DNA of 64,000 bases from Tepidamorphus sp. (GTDB lineage Bacteria; Pseudomonadota; Alphaproteobacteria; Rhizobiales; Tepidamorphaceae), in contig JANQKY010000114.1 in the NCBI GenBank assembly GCA_028280885.1, positions 7 to 64,006 of the forward strand. Reading direction: 5' to 3'. A program made the position numbers and the translations under genes. Positions 10,021 to 19,948 of the stretch are shown piece by piece; the stretch's first letter is position 1; each line of letters starts with the position of its first letter. Under the pieces are notes generated by a model that saw only the letters and a program-made list of their open reading frames with translations, was not told the origin of the DNA and ran no database searches.

Positions 10021-11091
10021 ATGAGTGAGGCAGCCGACAGCATTGCCGATGCCGGCGGGCTTGCCGGCCAGTATACGCCGATGCCCGAAGCCGAGGCGCG
10101 CGCCGTGCTGGGCTCACTCTACGGGCTCGAGGGGACGCTGCATCGCTTCGCGACCGAGAAGGACGATACGTTCCGGGTCACCACGGCGGCGGGAGACCGC
10201 GTCATCCTGAAGATCGCCAATCCCGACGAGACCCGGTCCGAACTCGACTTCCTGAACGCCGTCATGGCGCGGGTCGCAAGCGCCGATCCGGGCCTGCCGG
10301 TGCCTCGGGTGATCGCGACGGCGAACGGCACCGAATTGCCGATGATCACCGACGCGAGCGGTCAGGTCCGGTTCGTCCGCCTGCTCACCTATCTTGCCGG
10401 CACGCCGCTCAGCGACACCACTGCGACGGCCGAAGGCCGCGAGAAGATCGGTGCCGTGCTGGCGCGGCTGCGCCTGGCGATGGCCGGTTTCGACCATCCC
10501 GCCGCCGGCCGGGTTCTCGCCTGGGACGTCCAGCATCTCGCCTCGCTCGAAGGGCTTCTTGCGCATGTCACCGACGCTGATCAGCGCCTGGCGCTCACCG
10601 CCGGCCTGCGCCGGTTCGACGAGATCGCGCCGCGCCTGAAAGGCTGCCGCCGGCAGGTGCTGCACAATGATTTCAGCCAGTCCAACATCGTCGTCGACCA
10701 TGACGATCCCGCCTTCGTCACCGGCATCATCGATTTCGGCGACACGGTGACGACGGCGATCGCGGTGGATGTCTCCACCGCGCTCCTGAACCAGCTTCCC
10801 CGCCAGCCTCTGGCGGATCCCGACAGCAGCGATCTGTTCGCCGCCGGTCGCGATATCCTGAGGGGCTATCTCCCCCTGGCCGACCTGACCGAGGACGAGT
10901 TGCGGCTGATCCCGCATCTCGTCATGGCGCGGGTGGTGGCGCGGGCGCTGTTGACGATCTGGCGGGCGGGTCTTTTTCCCGACAACCAAACCTATATTCT
11001 GCGCAACACCGAACAGGGATGGCACCAGCTCGACTGGTTCCTGTCCCGCTCGACGGCGCAGGTCTCCGACGCGCTCAGCGACTTTCTCTGA
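10021..11091 (+). CDS. APH-like phosphotransferase (hydroxylysine-kinase / type II homoserine kinase-like)
   Basis: VILKIAN Lys, HNDFSQSN catalytic loop, IIDFGD. Confidence 0.85.
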   Translation: MSEAADSIADAGGLAGQYTPMPEAEARAVLGSLYGLEGTLHRFATEKDDTFRVTTAAGDRVILKIANPDETRSELDFLNAVMARVASADPGLPVPRVIATANGTELPMITDASGQVRFVRLLTYLAGTPLSDTTATAEGREKIGAVLARLRLAMAGFDHPAAGRVLAWDVQHLASLEGLLAHVTDADQRLALTAGLRRFDEIAPRLKGCRRQVLHNDFSQSNIVVDHDDPAFVTGIIDFGDTVTTAIAVDVSTALLNQLPRQPLADPDSSDLFAAGRDILRGYLPLADLTEDELRLIPHLVMARVVARALLTIWRAGLFPDNQTYILRNTEQGWHQLDWFLSRSTAQVSDALSDFL

Positions 11092-11106
11092 TCACAGGAC
11101 CGATCG

Positions 11107-12456
11107 ATGACAGCCCATCAGACTTCCCGAGCCCGCGGCAAGATGGTCAACGGCTTCGATCCCTCAAAGACCGACGGCCTTGCGCCCGGCACGCTTCAGC
11201 GCATCGACCGCCGCGCCGACCTGCTCGGGCCGGCCTATCGCCTGTTCTATGCCGATCCGGTGACCTTCACCCGGGCAAGCGGCGTTAAGATGTATGACGC
11301 CGACGGCAACGATTATCTCGACGCCTACAACAATGTCGTCTCGGTCGGCCACTGCCACCCGCGCGTGGTCGCCGCCGTCCATGAGCAGATGCAGACGCTG
11401 TGCACCCACACGCGCTATCTGCATGACGGCATTCTCGACTTCGCCGAAAACCTGCTTGCGACCTATGAGCCCGAGATCGGCCACCTGATGCTGACCTGCA
11501 CCGGTTCCGAGGCGAACGATCTCGCCCTGCGCATGGCCAAGTACCACACCGGCAATCGCGGCATCATCGTGACCTCCGAGGCCTATCACGGCAATTCCGA
11601 GCTGACCTCGGGTTTCTCCCCGTCGATGGGCGAGAATTCCCCGCTCGGCGCCTTCGTGCGCCGCGTGCCGGCGCCGGATACGTATCGGGTCGATACCGCC
11701 GATATGGGCGAATGGCTCGCCGGCGAGGTGGCCAGGCAGATCCACGACCTGAAGCGGCGCGGCGAGGGGCTCGCCGCCTTCATCTGCGACAGCCTGTTTT
11801 CGTCGGACGGCATCTTCGCCCATTCGGAGGATATCCTGGCGCCGGTCGCGAAGGTCGTGCGCGAAGCCGGCGGCCTGATGATCGCAGACGAGGTGCAGTC
11901 CGGTTTCGGCCGGTCGGGCAGCCACATGTGGGGCTATCAGCGCCACGACCTGGTGCCCGACATCGTCACCATGGGCAAGCCGATGGGCAACGGCTATCCG
12001 GTCGCGGGCGTCGCGATGCGGCCCGAGGTGGTCGCCGATTTCGGCCACGACATGCGCTATTTCAATACCTTCGGCGGGAATACCGTGGCCGTCGCCGCCG
12101 CCGCCGCGACGCTGGCGGTGATCCAGGACGAGGGTCTCGCCGCCAATGCCGAAACGGTCGGCGGCATCCTGATGGACGGTTTGAAAGATCTCGCCGGCCG
12201 GCACGACCGCATCGGCGACGTTCGCGGCGCGGGCCTTTATATCGGCGTCGAACTGGTCGGCGACCGGGAAACGAAGACGCCGGACTCGCGCTCGGCGCTC
12301 GCCATCGTCAACGCCATGCGCAAGCGCCGCGTCCTGATCTCGGCGACGGGCTTCAACGCCAATGTGCTGAAGATCCGCCCGCCGCTGGTCTTTACGACGG
12401 CCGACGCCGATCGCTTCCTGACGGAACTCGACGGCGCCCTGAACGACACCGCCTGA
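11107..12456 (+). CDS. Class III PLP enzyme, probable amino-alcohol-phosphate phospho-lyase (PHYKPL/ETNPPL-like)
   Basis: YLDAYNNV..VGHCHP, TGSEAND, ADEVQSGFGR, MGKPMGNG PLP lysine, YFNTFGGN; adjacent to APH kinase. Confidence 0.82.
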   Translation: MTAHQTSRARGKMVNGFDPSKTDGLAPGTLQRIDRRADLLGPAYRLFYADPVTFTRASGVKMYDADGNDYLDAYNNVVSVGHCHPRVVAAVHEQMQTLCTHTRYLHDGILDFAENLLATYEPEIGHLMLTCTGSEANDLALRMAKYHTGNRGIIVTSEAYHGNSELTSGFSPSMGENSPLGAFVRRVPAPDTYRVDTADMGEWLAGEVARQIHDLKRRGEGLAAFICDSLFSSDGIFAHSEDILAPVAKVVREAGGLMIADEVQSGFGRSGSHMWGYQRHDLVPDIVTMGKPMGNGYPVAGVAMRPEVVADFGHDMRYFNTFGGNTVAVAAAAATLAVIQDEGLAANAETVGGILMDGLKDLAGRHDRIGDVRGAGLYIGVELVGDRETKTPDSRSALAIVNAMRKRRVLISATGFNANVLKIRPPLVFTTADADRFLTELDGALNDTA

Positions 12457-12470
12457 ACGACACCGCCTGA
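12438..12470 (+). repeat. 14-bp tandem duplication (CCTGAACGACACCG x2.4) spanning the stop codon
   Basis: cctgaacgacaccg cctgaacgacaccg cctga read directly. Confidence 0.85.
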
Positions 12471-12491
12471 TCTTCTCGCAAGGGGCAGACC

Positions 12492-13403
12492 TCAGGCCTT
12501 GCCGCGCAGGTCCTCCGGAACCTGGATGCCGCTCTGATAGGGCAGCGTATCGACGCGCGCCTCGTAGCGTCCCTCAGCCCGCAGCGTCTGGACATGGCGG
12601 GCGATCTCCTCGAGCGGCGCGAACCAGACGTCGCCGCTTTGGCGCATATGGGCGATCATCCGCTCGACTTCGCGCCAGCGCGACAGGCGGCCGCTGACGA
12701 AGGGATGCCAGACGGCGATCCACAGCCCGCCGGGATGTTCGATCATCGCATCGAACTCGGCCATGAACACCTCGGCCGCCCGCTGCGGCGGCAGGATCTG
12801 GAAGGCGTAGTTCAGATCGAAGCTGTGCACATAGGGCGGCCAGTCGTCGGTCGCCCAGCTCACCGGCATCTCGACCAGTTCGCCCGCACCGGTATCGAGG
12901 ATATAGGGAACGTCGTCGCCCATCAGCGAACTGTCATAGAGGAAGCCCTCGCGCGCCAAGAGGCCGGGCGTTGCCTCCGACATGTGATAGAGCGGCGAAC
13001 GATTGCCGCGCGGTCGCTTGCCCGTATGGCGCTCGATGATCTCGATCGAGCGGGCCATCCAGTGATGCTCCTGGTCGGGCGACAGGCTGTTCGGCGCCTC
13101 GTGGATATAGCCGTGATAGCCGACCTCGTGGCCGTCGCGGACGATCGCCTCGACGGTCTTGGGATAAGTCTCGATGCACCAGGCGGGGATGAAGAAGGTC
13201 TGTTTCAACTCCAGCCGGCGATAGGTCTCCAGGATGCGCGGGATCGCGACCTCCGGCCCGTAGCGCAGCATCGACGCGGTGCACATCTTGTTGCCGGCCT
13301 GCAGCGGATGGTGGATATGCACCAGGCTTTCGGCATCCATGTCGAGCGTGATCGCGCAGGCGATCCGCGCGCCGTTCGGCCAGGGGACGGGTCGTTGCAG
13401 CAT
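12492..13403 (-). CDS. CE4 / polysaccharide-deacetylase-family hydrolase (PuuE/HpPgdA-like)
   Basis: WPNGARIACAITLDMD, HEVGYHGYIHE metal motif, YDSSLMGDD; ATG at 13403 after AAGGA. Confidence 0.85.
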   Translation of the reverse strand: MLQRPVPWPNGARIACAITLDMDAESLVHIHHPLQAGNKMCTASMLRYGPEVAIPRILETYRRLELKQTFFIPAWCIETYPKTVEAIVRDGHEVGYHGYIHEAPNSLSPDQEHHWMARSIEIIERHTGKRPRGNRSPLYHMSEATPGLLAREGFLYDSSLMGDDVPYILDTGAGELVEMPVSWATDDWPPYVHSFDLNYAFQILPPQRAAEVFMAEFDAMIEHPGGLWIAVWHPFVSGRLSRWREVERMIAHMRQSGDVWFAPLEEIARHVQTLRAEGRYEARVDTLPYQSGIQVPEDLRGKA

Positions 13404-13426
13404 CGTGTTGTCCTTATTGTGCGCGA

Positions 13427-14200
13427 TCAGGCCATCGCCGCGCCGCCATTCGGGCTGATCGTCTGTCCGGTGAAGAAGGTCGCCTCGGGACCGGCGAGGA
13501 ACCGCACCGTTGCCGCGATCTCCTGAACCGTGCCGACGCGCTTCAGCGGGATATCGGTTTCCTTCTCGCGCCATTCCGGCGACATCGCCTCGAGGCTCAG
13601 CATCGCCGTGTCGACCGGGCCGGGGGCGACCGAATTGACCAGGATCCCCGGCGCCAGTTCGCGGGCGAGCGATTTCGTCAGCCCGACGACGCCGGCCTTG
13701 GTGGCGCAATAGGCGGAGAAGTCCGCGCGGCCGAGATGGGCGAGTTCCGACGAGATCGTGATGATCCGCCCCATGCCCGGGGCCGGCGGCCCATCCTGCG
13801 TCATCAGCCGCGCCGCCTCGCGGGCGATCAGAAAGGTGCCGCGCAGGTTGACGGCGACGATGCGGTCGAAGGCCTCGACGGAGGTCTCGGTGACACGCGC
13901 CTCGGTCAGGATGCCGGCGGCGGTGACGGCGATATCGAGCCCGCCGAACGCGTCGCGCTGGGCGGCAAACAACGCCTCGATGCTCTGCGGGTCGGCAACG
14001 TCGCAGCGCGTCGCAAGCGCCTTGCCGCCGGCGTCGGTTATCGCCCTGGCGGTCTCGTCGGGCGTAAGGATATCGGCCAGATGCACCGCCGCGCCGGCTC
14101 CGGCAAGCGCTTTCGCGCAGGCAGCGCCGATGCCACGCGCGGCGCCGGTCACGAGCGCGCGGCGTCCCGATAGCGGGCCTGCCATTGACGGATCGGTCAT
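13427..14200 (-). CDS. SDR oxidoreductase
   Basis: TGAARGIG, YCATK, VNSVAPG; ATG at 14200 overlaps upstream stop. Confidence 0.88.
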   Translation of the reverse strand: MTDPSMAGPLSGRRALVTGAARGIGAACAKALAGAGAAVHLADILTPDETARAITDAGGKALATRCDVADPQSIEALFAAQRDAFGGLDIAVTAAGILTEARVTETSVEAFDRIVAVNLRGTFLIAREAARLMTQDGPPAPGMGRIITISSELAHLGRADFSAYCATKAGVVGLTKSLARELAPGILVNSVAPGPVDTAMLSLEAMSPEWREKETDIPLKRVGTVQEIAATVRFLAGPEATFFTGQTISPNGGAAMA

Positions 14201-14970
14201 TGCATCAGCTCCCCGCGATCGATGGTGAAGGATTGCCCGGTGATGTTGTCGGCCGCGCTGCCGGCCAGGAACAGATACATCGCCGCCATGTCGGGCGGCT
14301 CCATCAGGCCCGGCAGGGCCTGGGCCGCGACGATCTCGTCGAGCATGTCGGCCTCGGTGCGGCTTTCGCGCGTCGCCATGAAGCGCAGCGAGCGCATCGA
14401 GGCAAGCGTGCGCACCCAGCCGGGGCAGACCGCGTTCACCGAAATGCGCCGCGGCGCCAGTTCCTGGGCAAGCGAGCGGGTGAGCCCGATCACCGCGTGC
14501 TTGGAGGCGCAATAGGCGCTGAACTCGGCAACCGCCGTCTTGCCCCACATCGAGGCGGTGTTGATGACGCGCCCGCCGTCGGGGATCTTGTTAAGCAGCG
14601 CCCGCGTCACCGAGAAGGTGCCGACGACATTGGTCATGATCACCCGGTGGAACGTCTCGTCGACATGCGGCGAGGGGTCGGCGATCGGCGTGATGTATTC
14701 GAAGCCCGCATTGTTGATCAGCACGTCGACGGTCGTAACCGCCTCCTTGAGGGCCGCGATCTGATCGGCTTCGCAGATATCGCAGACGATGCCGTTCACC
14801 TCACGGCCGAAGCGGCGCGTCAGGTCGGCGGCGATGTCGGTGACGTCGGCTTCGAGCGCCGAGATCGTCACATCCGCGCCGGCCTTCAGGAACCCTTCGG
14901 CGACGCCCAGGCCGATCCCCCGGTTCGCGCCTGTCACTAGGACGCTCTTGCCTGCGAATTCGGCTGCCAT
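14197..14970 (-). CDS. SDR oxidoreductase
   Basis: TGANRGIG, NNAG, YCASK, VNAVCPG; ATG at 14970. Confidence 0.88.
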   Translation of the reverse strand: MAAEFAGKSVLVTGANRGIGLGVAEGFLKAGADVTISALEADVTDIAADLTRRFGREVNGIVCDICEADQIAALKEAVTTVDVLINNAGFEYITPIADPSPHVDETFHRVIMTNVVGTFSVTRALLNKIPDGGRVINTASMWGKTAVAEFSAYCASKHAVIGLTRSLAQELAPRRISVNAVCPGWVRTLASMRSLRFMATRESRTEADMLDEIVAAQALPGLMEPPDMAAMYLFLAGSAADNITGQSFTIDRGELMQ

Positions 14971-14974
14971 GGCC

Positions 14975-15775
14975 TCAAGTTTCCTCCAGCATGTGGCTGT
15001 ATTCCTCGCGGATGATCTTGAGGATATCCGCGCGCAGGTCGAAGAAGACCTGCGTATCGGCATTGCCGTCGCGGCGGTCCTGCGGCGACAAAAGCGCGTT
15101 GACGTCGATTTCCTCGACGATCCGGGCCGGCCGCGAGGAGAAGATAACGATGCGGCTTGCCAGCAGGATCGCCTCCTCGACATCGTGGGTGACGAAGATC
15201 GTCGTCTTCTTCTCGCGCCGGTTGATGTCCATCAACTGGAACTGCAGGTATTCGCGCGTCTGCGCGTCGAGCGCGCCGAAGGGCTCGTCCATCAACAAAA
15301 CGTCCGGCGAGGAGGCGAGCGTCCGGGCGATCGCGACGCGCTGGCGCATGCCGCCGGAAATCCGGTTCGTATAGAAATCGGCATAGCGGGCAAGGCCGAC
15401 CATGGTCATGTAGCGGTCGGTGATCTCGTCCTTCTCCGCAGCCGAGATGTCCTTGCGATAGCGCGTGCCGAACTTGATGTTGTTGCGCACGGTGAGCCAG
15501 GGAAAGGATGAGTAGGACTGGAACACCATGCCGCGGCGGCGGTCCGGCCCGTGCAGCGCCTCCCCGGCGAGGATCACCTGGCCGGTATCCTGTGTCTCCA
15601 GCCCGCCGGCGATCCGCATCAGCGTGGTCTTACCGCAGCCCGAGGGGCCGAGGAACATGACGATCTCGCCTTCGGCAATCGACAGCGACATCGGCGTGAT
15701 CACCGGCGTCTCGACCTTGCCGTCATCGGACCAGAAGGTCTTCGAGATGTCCTTGAATTGAAGAAAATCCTGCAT
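14975..15775 (-). CDS. NitT/TauT-family ABC ATP-binding protein
   Basis: [26 protein letters not shown]. Confidence 0.93.
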   Translation of the reverse strand: MQDFLQFKDISKTFWSDDGKVETPVITPMSLSIAEGEIVMFLGPSGCGKTTLMRIAGGLETQDTGQVILAGEALHGPDRRRGMVFQSYSSFPWLTVRNNIKFGTRYRKDISAAEKDEITDRYMTMVGLARYADFYTNRISGGMRQRVAIARTLASSPDVLLMDEPFGALDAQTREYLQFQLMDINRREKKTTIFVTHDVEEAILLASRIVIFSSRPARIVEEIDVNALLSPQDRRDGNADTQVFFDLRADILKIIREEYSHMLEET

Positions 15776-15778
15776 CGC

Positions 15779-16564
15779 TCACCGCCTCAGATAGCCAAAC
15801 AGCCGCGCATGGGCGAAGCGGAAGGCCTGGTCGGTCAACAGGCCGATGATGCCGATGGTGATGATGCCGGCCATCACCTCTGGCGTCTTGACGAAGCGCC
15901 GAAGCGACCAGATGACGTGGCCGATGCCGGAATTGGCCGCGACGATCTCGGCGACGATCAGATAGGTCCAGCACCAGCCCATGGTGATGCGCAGGTTGTC
16001 GACCATGTTCGGCAGCGCGGCCGGGATGATGATGTGGCGCATGATCTGGCCGTTGGTGGCGCCGAGCGTATGGCCGGATTCGATATATTCCGACGGCACC
16101 CGCTTGTTGTCCTCGGCGATCAGCAGGACGAGCTGGAAGAAGGTGCCCATCCAGAGCACCGCGATCTTCGAGGCCTCGCCGACGCCGAACCAGATCACCA
16201 AGAGCGGCACAAGCGCCGGCACCGGCAGATAGCGGATGAAGTCGATGAACGGCTCGAAAAAGGCGCCAACGGCCCGGTAGGTGCTCATGTAGAGGCCGAG
16301 CGGCACCGCGATGATCACCGACAGGAAGAAGGCGAACCAGACCCGGCCGACGCTGATCGCGATATCGCCGGCGAAGTCGCGTTCGGTGAACAATAGGACG
16401 AAGGCCTGCGCGACCGCGCCCGGCGTCGGCAGGAATTCCGGCCGGATCGCGCCCGACATGGCGGTGACCTGCCAGGCCGCCAGGAACAGCGCGAAGCCGA
16501 TCACGCCAAGCGTGATTTCCGTTCGGCGCGGCAGGCGTTTGCGGAAGGCGAAGAGCGTGCGCAC
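15779..16564 (-). CDS. NitT/TauT-family ABC permease
   Basis: Hydrophobic; FLPTP, WFGVGE, IIPAALP, LIVAE motifs. Confidence 0.9.
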   Translation of the reverse strand: MRTLFAFRKRLPRRTEITLGVIGFALFLAAWQVTAMSGAIRPEFLPTPGAVAQAFVLLFTERDFAGDIAISVGRVWFAFFLSVIIAVPLGLYMSTYRAVGAFFEPFIDFIRYLPVPALVPLLVIWFGVGEASKIAVLWMGTFFQLVLLIAEDNKRVPSEYIESGHTLGATNGQIMRHIIIPAALPNMVDNLRITMGWCWTYLIVAEIVAANSGIGHVIWSLRRFVKTPEVMAGIITIGIIGLLTDQAFRFAHARLFGYLRR

Positions 16565-16674
16565 GGCGATCAGACTATCCCCTCATCCATGAACCGTCAT
16601 GCCCGGTCATCCGGTCAGGTCGACACCTTCATGCCGGCCCGACCGGGCATCGCGAATGTCAGCGCCCCTGCGCG

Positions 16675-17703
16675 TCAGCGCTCGTGTCCGTCGAACAGGC
16701 CCTGCAGCGCCGAGCCGTCGACATAGGGCTCGTAAGGCAACGGTGCGTCCTGGAGGTCGAGCGACATGTTGATGTCGTTGAACGCCTCGAACACCTCGTG
16801 CAGCTTGCCCTTGCCATCGGCCGACGGCATGTAGGCGACGCTTTCCTCGTAGGTCGTGTATTTCACGCCTTCGAGCGCTTCCTTCATCTCGGCGGCGGGC
16901 ACGTCGAAGGCCGGCGCGGAGAGTTCGATGAACTTGTCGGGATCGGTCTGGTAGAGGTCGATCGCCTTGTAGATGCCGCGCAGGAAGGCCCGGTATTTCT
17001 CCGGGTTTTCCTTGTAGTCGTCGGTGCGCACGATGATGACGTCGGTGATCAGGCCCTCGTAATCGGCCGAGGTCAGGAGCAGATGCGCGCCCTCGCGCGA
17101 GGTGGTGCGCACGATCGTGCCCATCATCGGTTCCCAGGTGGCGACCGCGGCGATGTTCGGGTCCTCGAAGACGGCGGCTGAATCGTCGGTGGCGATGAGC
17201 TGGATGTTGACGTCGGAAATGTCCTTGCCCTTCTGCGACAGGGCGTGCTGGACCAGCGTCGTGCCGGGATGGTTGATCTCTCCGGCGAAGGTCTTGCCGA
17301 TCAGGTCCTCGACGCTCTTGATTTCAGGCCCCGCGACGACGCCGTCGGCGCCCACCGAAATGTCGATCGTGCCGATCACCGTGCCGGTCGTGTCGGCCGT
17401 GCGTGGCCGTGACATGGATTCGCCGATCGTGCGCATCGTGCAGTCCGTCGACCCGTTCGCCAGCGCCGGCAGCACATTGGCGCGATCATTGTCGAAGGCC
17501 GTCCTGACCTTCAGGTCCTCGCTTTCGAAATAGCCCATCTCCTCGGCGACGAAGACCGGCGCGAAGCCGAACCAGAAGGGAAAGATGCAGCGGATCTCGT
17601 CGGTGGCCTGCGCGGGAGTGAAGCTCCCGGCAGCAAGAAAGGCGGCGGTCGCAAGTCCCCCGATACCCGACGGCAGACGTCTGAACAGCTTTTGAAGTGT
17701 CAT
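16675..17703 (-). CDS. NitT/TauT-family (SsuA/THI5-like) substrate-binding protein
   Basis: Signal peptide ending AQA; WFGFAP..VAEEMGYF; SVGADG; TWEP. Confidence 0.87.
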   Translation of the reverse strand: MTLQKLFRRLPSGIGGLATAAFLAAGSFTPAQATDEIRCIFPFWFGFAPVFVAEEMGYFESEDLKVRTAFDNDRANVLPALANGSTDCTMRTIGESMSRPRTADTTGTVIGTIDISVGADGVVAGPEIKSVEDLIGKTFAGEINHPGTTLVQHALSQKGKDISDVNIQLIATDDSAAVFEDPNIAAVATWEPMMGTIVRTTSREGAHLLLTSADYEGLITDVIIVRTDDYKENPEKYRAFLRGIYKAIDLYQTDPDKFIELSAPAFDVPAAEMKEALEGVKYTTYEESVAYMPSADGKGKLHEVFEAFNDINMSLDLQDAPLPYEPYVDGSALQGLFDGHER

Positions 17704-17888
17704 GGTGTGTCTCCGTGTTGAACTGGAAGTGTGTTGCTCTTTGTTGTCCCGACAGGATTGGCAATCGCGAAAACCACTTAAATCCGGCGTTTGCGTATCA
17801 TTGATCTATCAGGGTCGATCTATTGTTGGCCTTGCCTCTTTTTTATGCGGTTGCCCCCCGTTTTGATGGCGCGAGCGGCAGGCGACAT

Positions 17889-18854
17889 TCAGCGATGATG
17901 CAGAATGCGCCCGATCAGGTTCATCAGAAGCTGGGCGGCGAGCGTCGCCGTGCTGCCGGTGCGGTCGTAGTCGGGCGCGACCTCGACGAGATCGAGGCCT
18001 ACCACCCGGCCCTGCCGGATCAGTCCGTCGAGCAGGTCCAGCACCTCGTAATAATAAAAGCCGCCATGGCTCGGCGTGCCGGTCCCCGCCGCGATCGAGG
18101 GATCGAAACCGTCGATATCGATCGTCAGATAGTAGCGAACGCCCCTGGGGATGCGATCGAGCACGGCATCGGCGCCCAGCTTGCGCATCTGGCGCACCGA
18201 AAGGATGTCCGAGCCCATCGCCCGCGCGGCGTCATAGCCTTCCTTGGCCGTCGAGGAGACGTTGCGGATGCCGATCTGCGTCAGTCCCGACACATGGTCC
18301 TTCTCGGCGGCGCGGCGCATCGGATTGCCGTGACCCAGGCGCACGCCGTGGCGTTCGTCGACGAAATCGAGATGCGCGTCGATCTGCACGATGTGGATCG
18401 GACCGTTCCGGGCGCAGTCGGCTTCGAAGGCGTCTATGCAGGGAATGTTGACCGAATGGTCACCGCCCAGCACCACGGGCAGCGCGCCGGCGGCGAGGAT
18501 CTTGCCGACGCCGTGGGCGATGTTGGCGTGGCTCCGGACCGTATCGGTATGGACGATGTCGGCATCGCCCAGATCGACGATCCGTGTCGTTTCCGCCGGC
18601 AGATAGGTGATGTCGTCCTCGTGGTCATAGGCGCCGCCATGACCGAAGGAGAACAATGTCGAGGCCTCGCGGATGGCGCGTGGCCCGAAGCGCGCGCCGG
18701 CGCGGAACTGGGTGCCGAAATCAAACGGCGCGCCCAATACCGCGACATCGGCGTCGATCGCGTCCCAGTCTTCGACATAAGGGTATTTGCCGAAGGTCGG
18801 GATGCCGACGAATGGCAGGTTGAGACGGCCGGTCTCGTAGCCGTGACTGCCCAT
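17889..18854 (-). CDS. Agmatinase-like ureohydrolase
   Basis: GARFGPRAIR, GGDHS, DAHLD, IDIDGFDPSIAAGTGTP, DLVEVAP. Confidence 0.9.
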   Translation of the reverse strand: MGSHGYETGRLNLPFVGIPTFGKYPYVEDWDAIDADVAVLGAPFDFGTQFRAGARFGPRAIREASTLFSFGHGGAYDHEDDITYLPAETTRIVDLGDADIVHTDTVRSHANIAHGVGKILAAGALPVVLGGDHSVNIPCIDAFEADCARNGPIHIVQIDAHLDFVDERHGVRLGHGNPMRRAAEKDHVSGLTQIGIRNVSSTAKEGYDAARAMGSDILSVRQMRKLGADAVLDRIPRGVRYYLTIDIDGFDPSIAAGTGTPSHGGFYYYEVLDLLDGLIRQGRVVGLDLVEVAPDYDRTGSTATLAAQLLMNLIGRILHHR

Positions 18855-18970
18855 GCGCGATACTCCTCCCTGCCTCGGTGCGCACCCGTTTTACGTCTTA
18901 TGAGCGTGGCCTTGAGCCGGCCTTTGGGGCGCTTGGGGAAAGCATCGATCCTTGATTACCGCTATTCAAC

Positions 18971-18992
18971 ATGTAATGATTTGTCATTACAT
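18971..18992. promoter_or_regulatory. Perfect palindrome ATGTAATGA-N4-TCATTACAT in the divergent ureohydrolase/LysR spacer; candidate operator
   Basis: 9-bp perfect arms in an AT-rich divergent intergenic region, 5 bp before the LysR ATG. Confidence 0.55.
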
Positions 18993-18997
18993 CGACG

Positions 18998-19916
18998 ATG
19001 ATCAAAGGAACGCGCCGTTCTCACCGCTGTCTCCGGCCCCGACATTCATCTTCTGCGCGTCTTCCTGGCGGTGACGGAGGCGGGCGGATTCTCCCAGGCG
19101 CAGATCGCGCTCAATGTCAGCCAGTCGACGATCAGCACCCAGATGGCCGATCTGGAGGCACGGCTCGGTCTCAAGCTGTGCCGCCGGGGTCGCGCCGGTT
19201 TCGCGCTGACCGAGGACGGCAAGGCGGTCTATGACGCCGCCCGGGAGCTGTTTTCGAGCTGCGAGACCTTCGCCGAGAAGGTCAATGCAAGGCGCGGCGA
19301 GATCACCGGCGAGTTGCGCTTCGCCATCGCCGATGCGCTGATCCGGCATCCCACCTTCCGCATCGATGCCGTCATCCGCGAGCTACGTCACCGGCTGCCG
19401 GCCGTCCGGCTCAACATGATGGCGCTCGACCCGCTCGAGATCGAGCGGCTGGTGCTCGACCAGAAGCTGCATGCCGGCATCCACACCTTCCCCAACCACG
19501 CGCCGGGCCTGCGCTACGTTACGTTGTTCGAGGAGCGCCAGACGCTCTATTGCGGCGAACACCACCCGCTGTTCGAGCGCGACGGCCCGCCGGAGATTGC
19601 GGAAATCGAGCAGTTCAACTACGCCGCCCGCACCTATTACGGCGGCATGCTGCGCCCCGGCGTCTTCCGGCCGGAGCGGATCGTCGCCCACAGCAGCAAT
19701 ATGGAAGGCATCGTCGCGCTGATCCTGTCCGGCGAGATCATCGGCCACCTGCCGGACCATTTCGCCGAGCCCTGGGTCAAGAGCGGCCAATTGCGGCCGA
19801 TCCGGCCGGACGACCTGTCCTATCACTCGCAGTTCGAATGCATCTATCCCGTCGGCGCGCGGATCTCGCGTGCCGTCGCGGTGTTCGAGGAAATCGTCGT
19901 CGCCCTGGCGGCATAG
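18998..19916 (+). CDS. LysR-family regulator with an apparent single-base frameshift near the start
   Basis: Main frame reads ERAVLTAVSGPDIHLLRVFLAVTEAGGFSQAQIALNVSQSTIS (LysR HTH) but is closed by TGA at 18999; the ATG at 18998 is one base out of frame. Confidence 0.8.
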
Positions 19917-19948
19917 GGCACAGGCAGAACAGCCCGAACAGACCGCTC

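Noticed and set aside
8936-18997. Guanidine riboswitch, or guanidine/metformin hydrolase system
   Set aside because: No paired ACGR-loop hairpins or ykkC-like motif seen upstream of either ureohydrolase or the SBP. The two ureohydrolases are not adjacent, both keep canonical metal motifs, and no hypAB genes are nearby.
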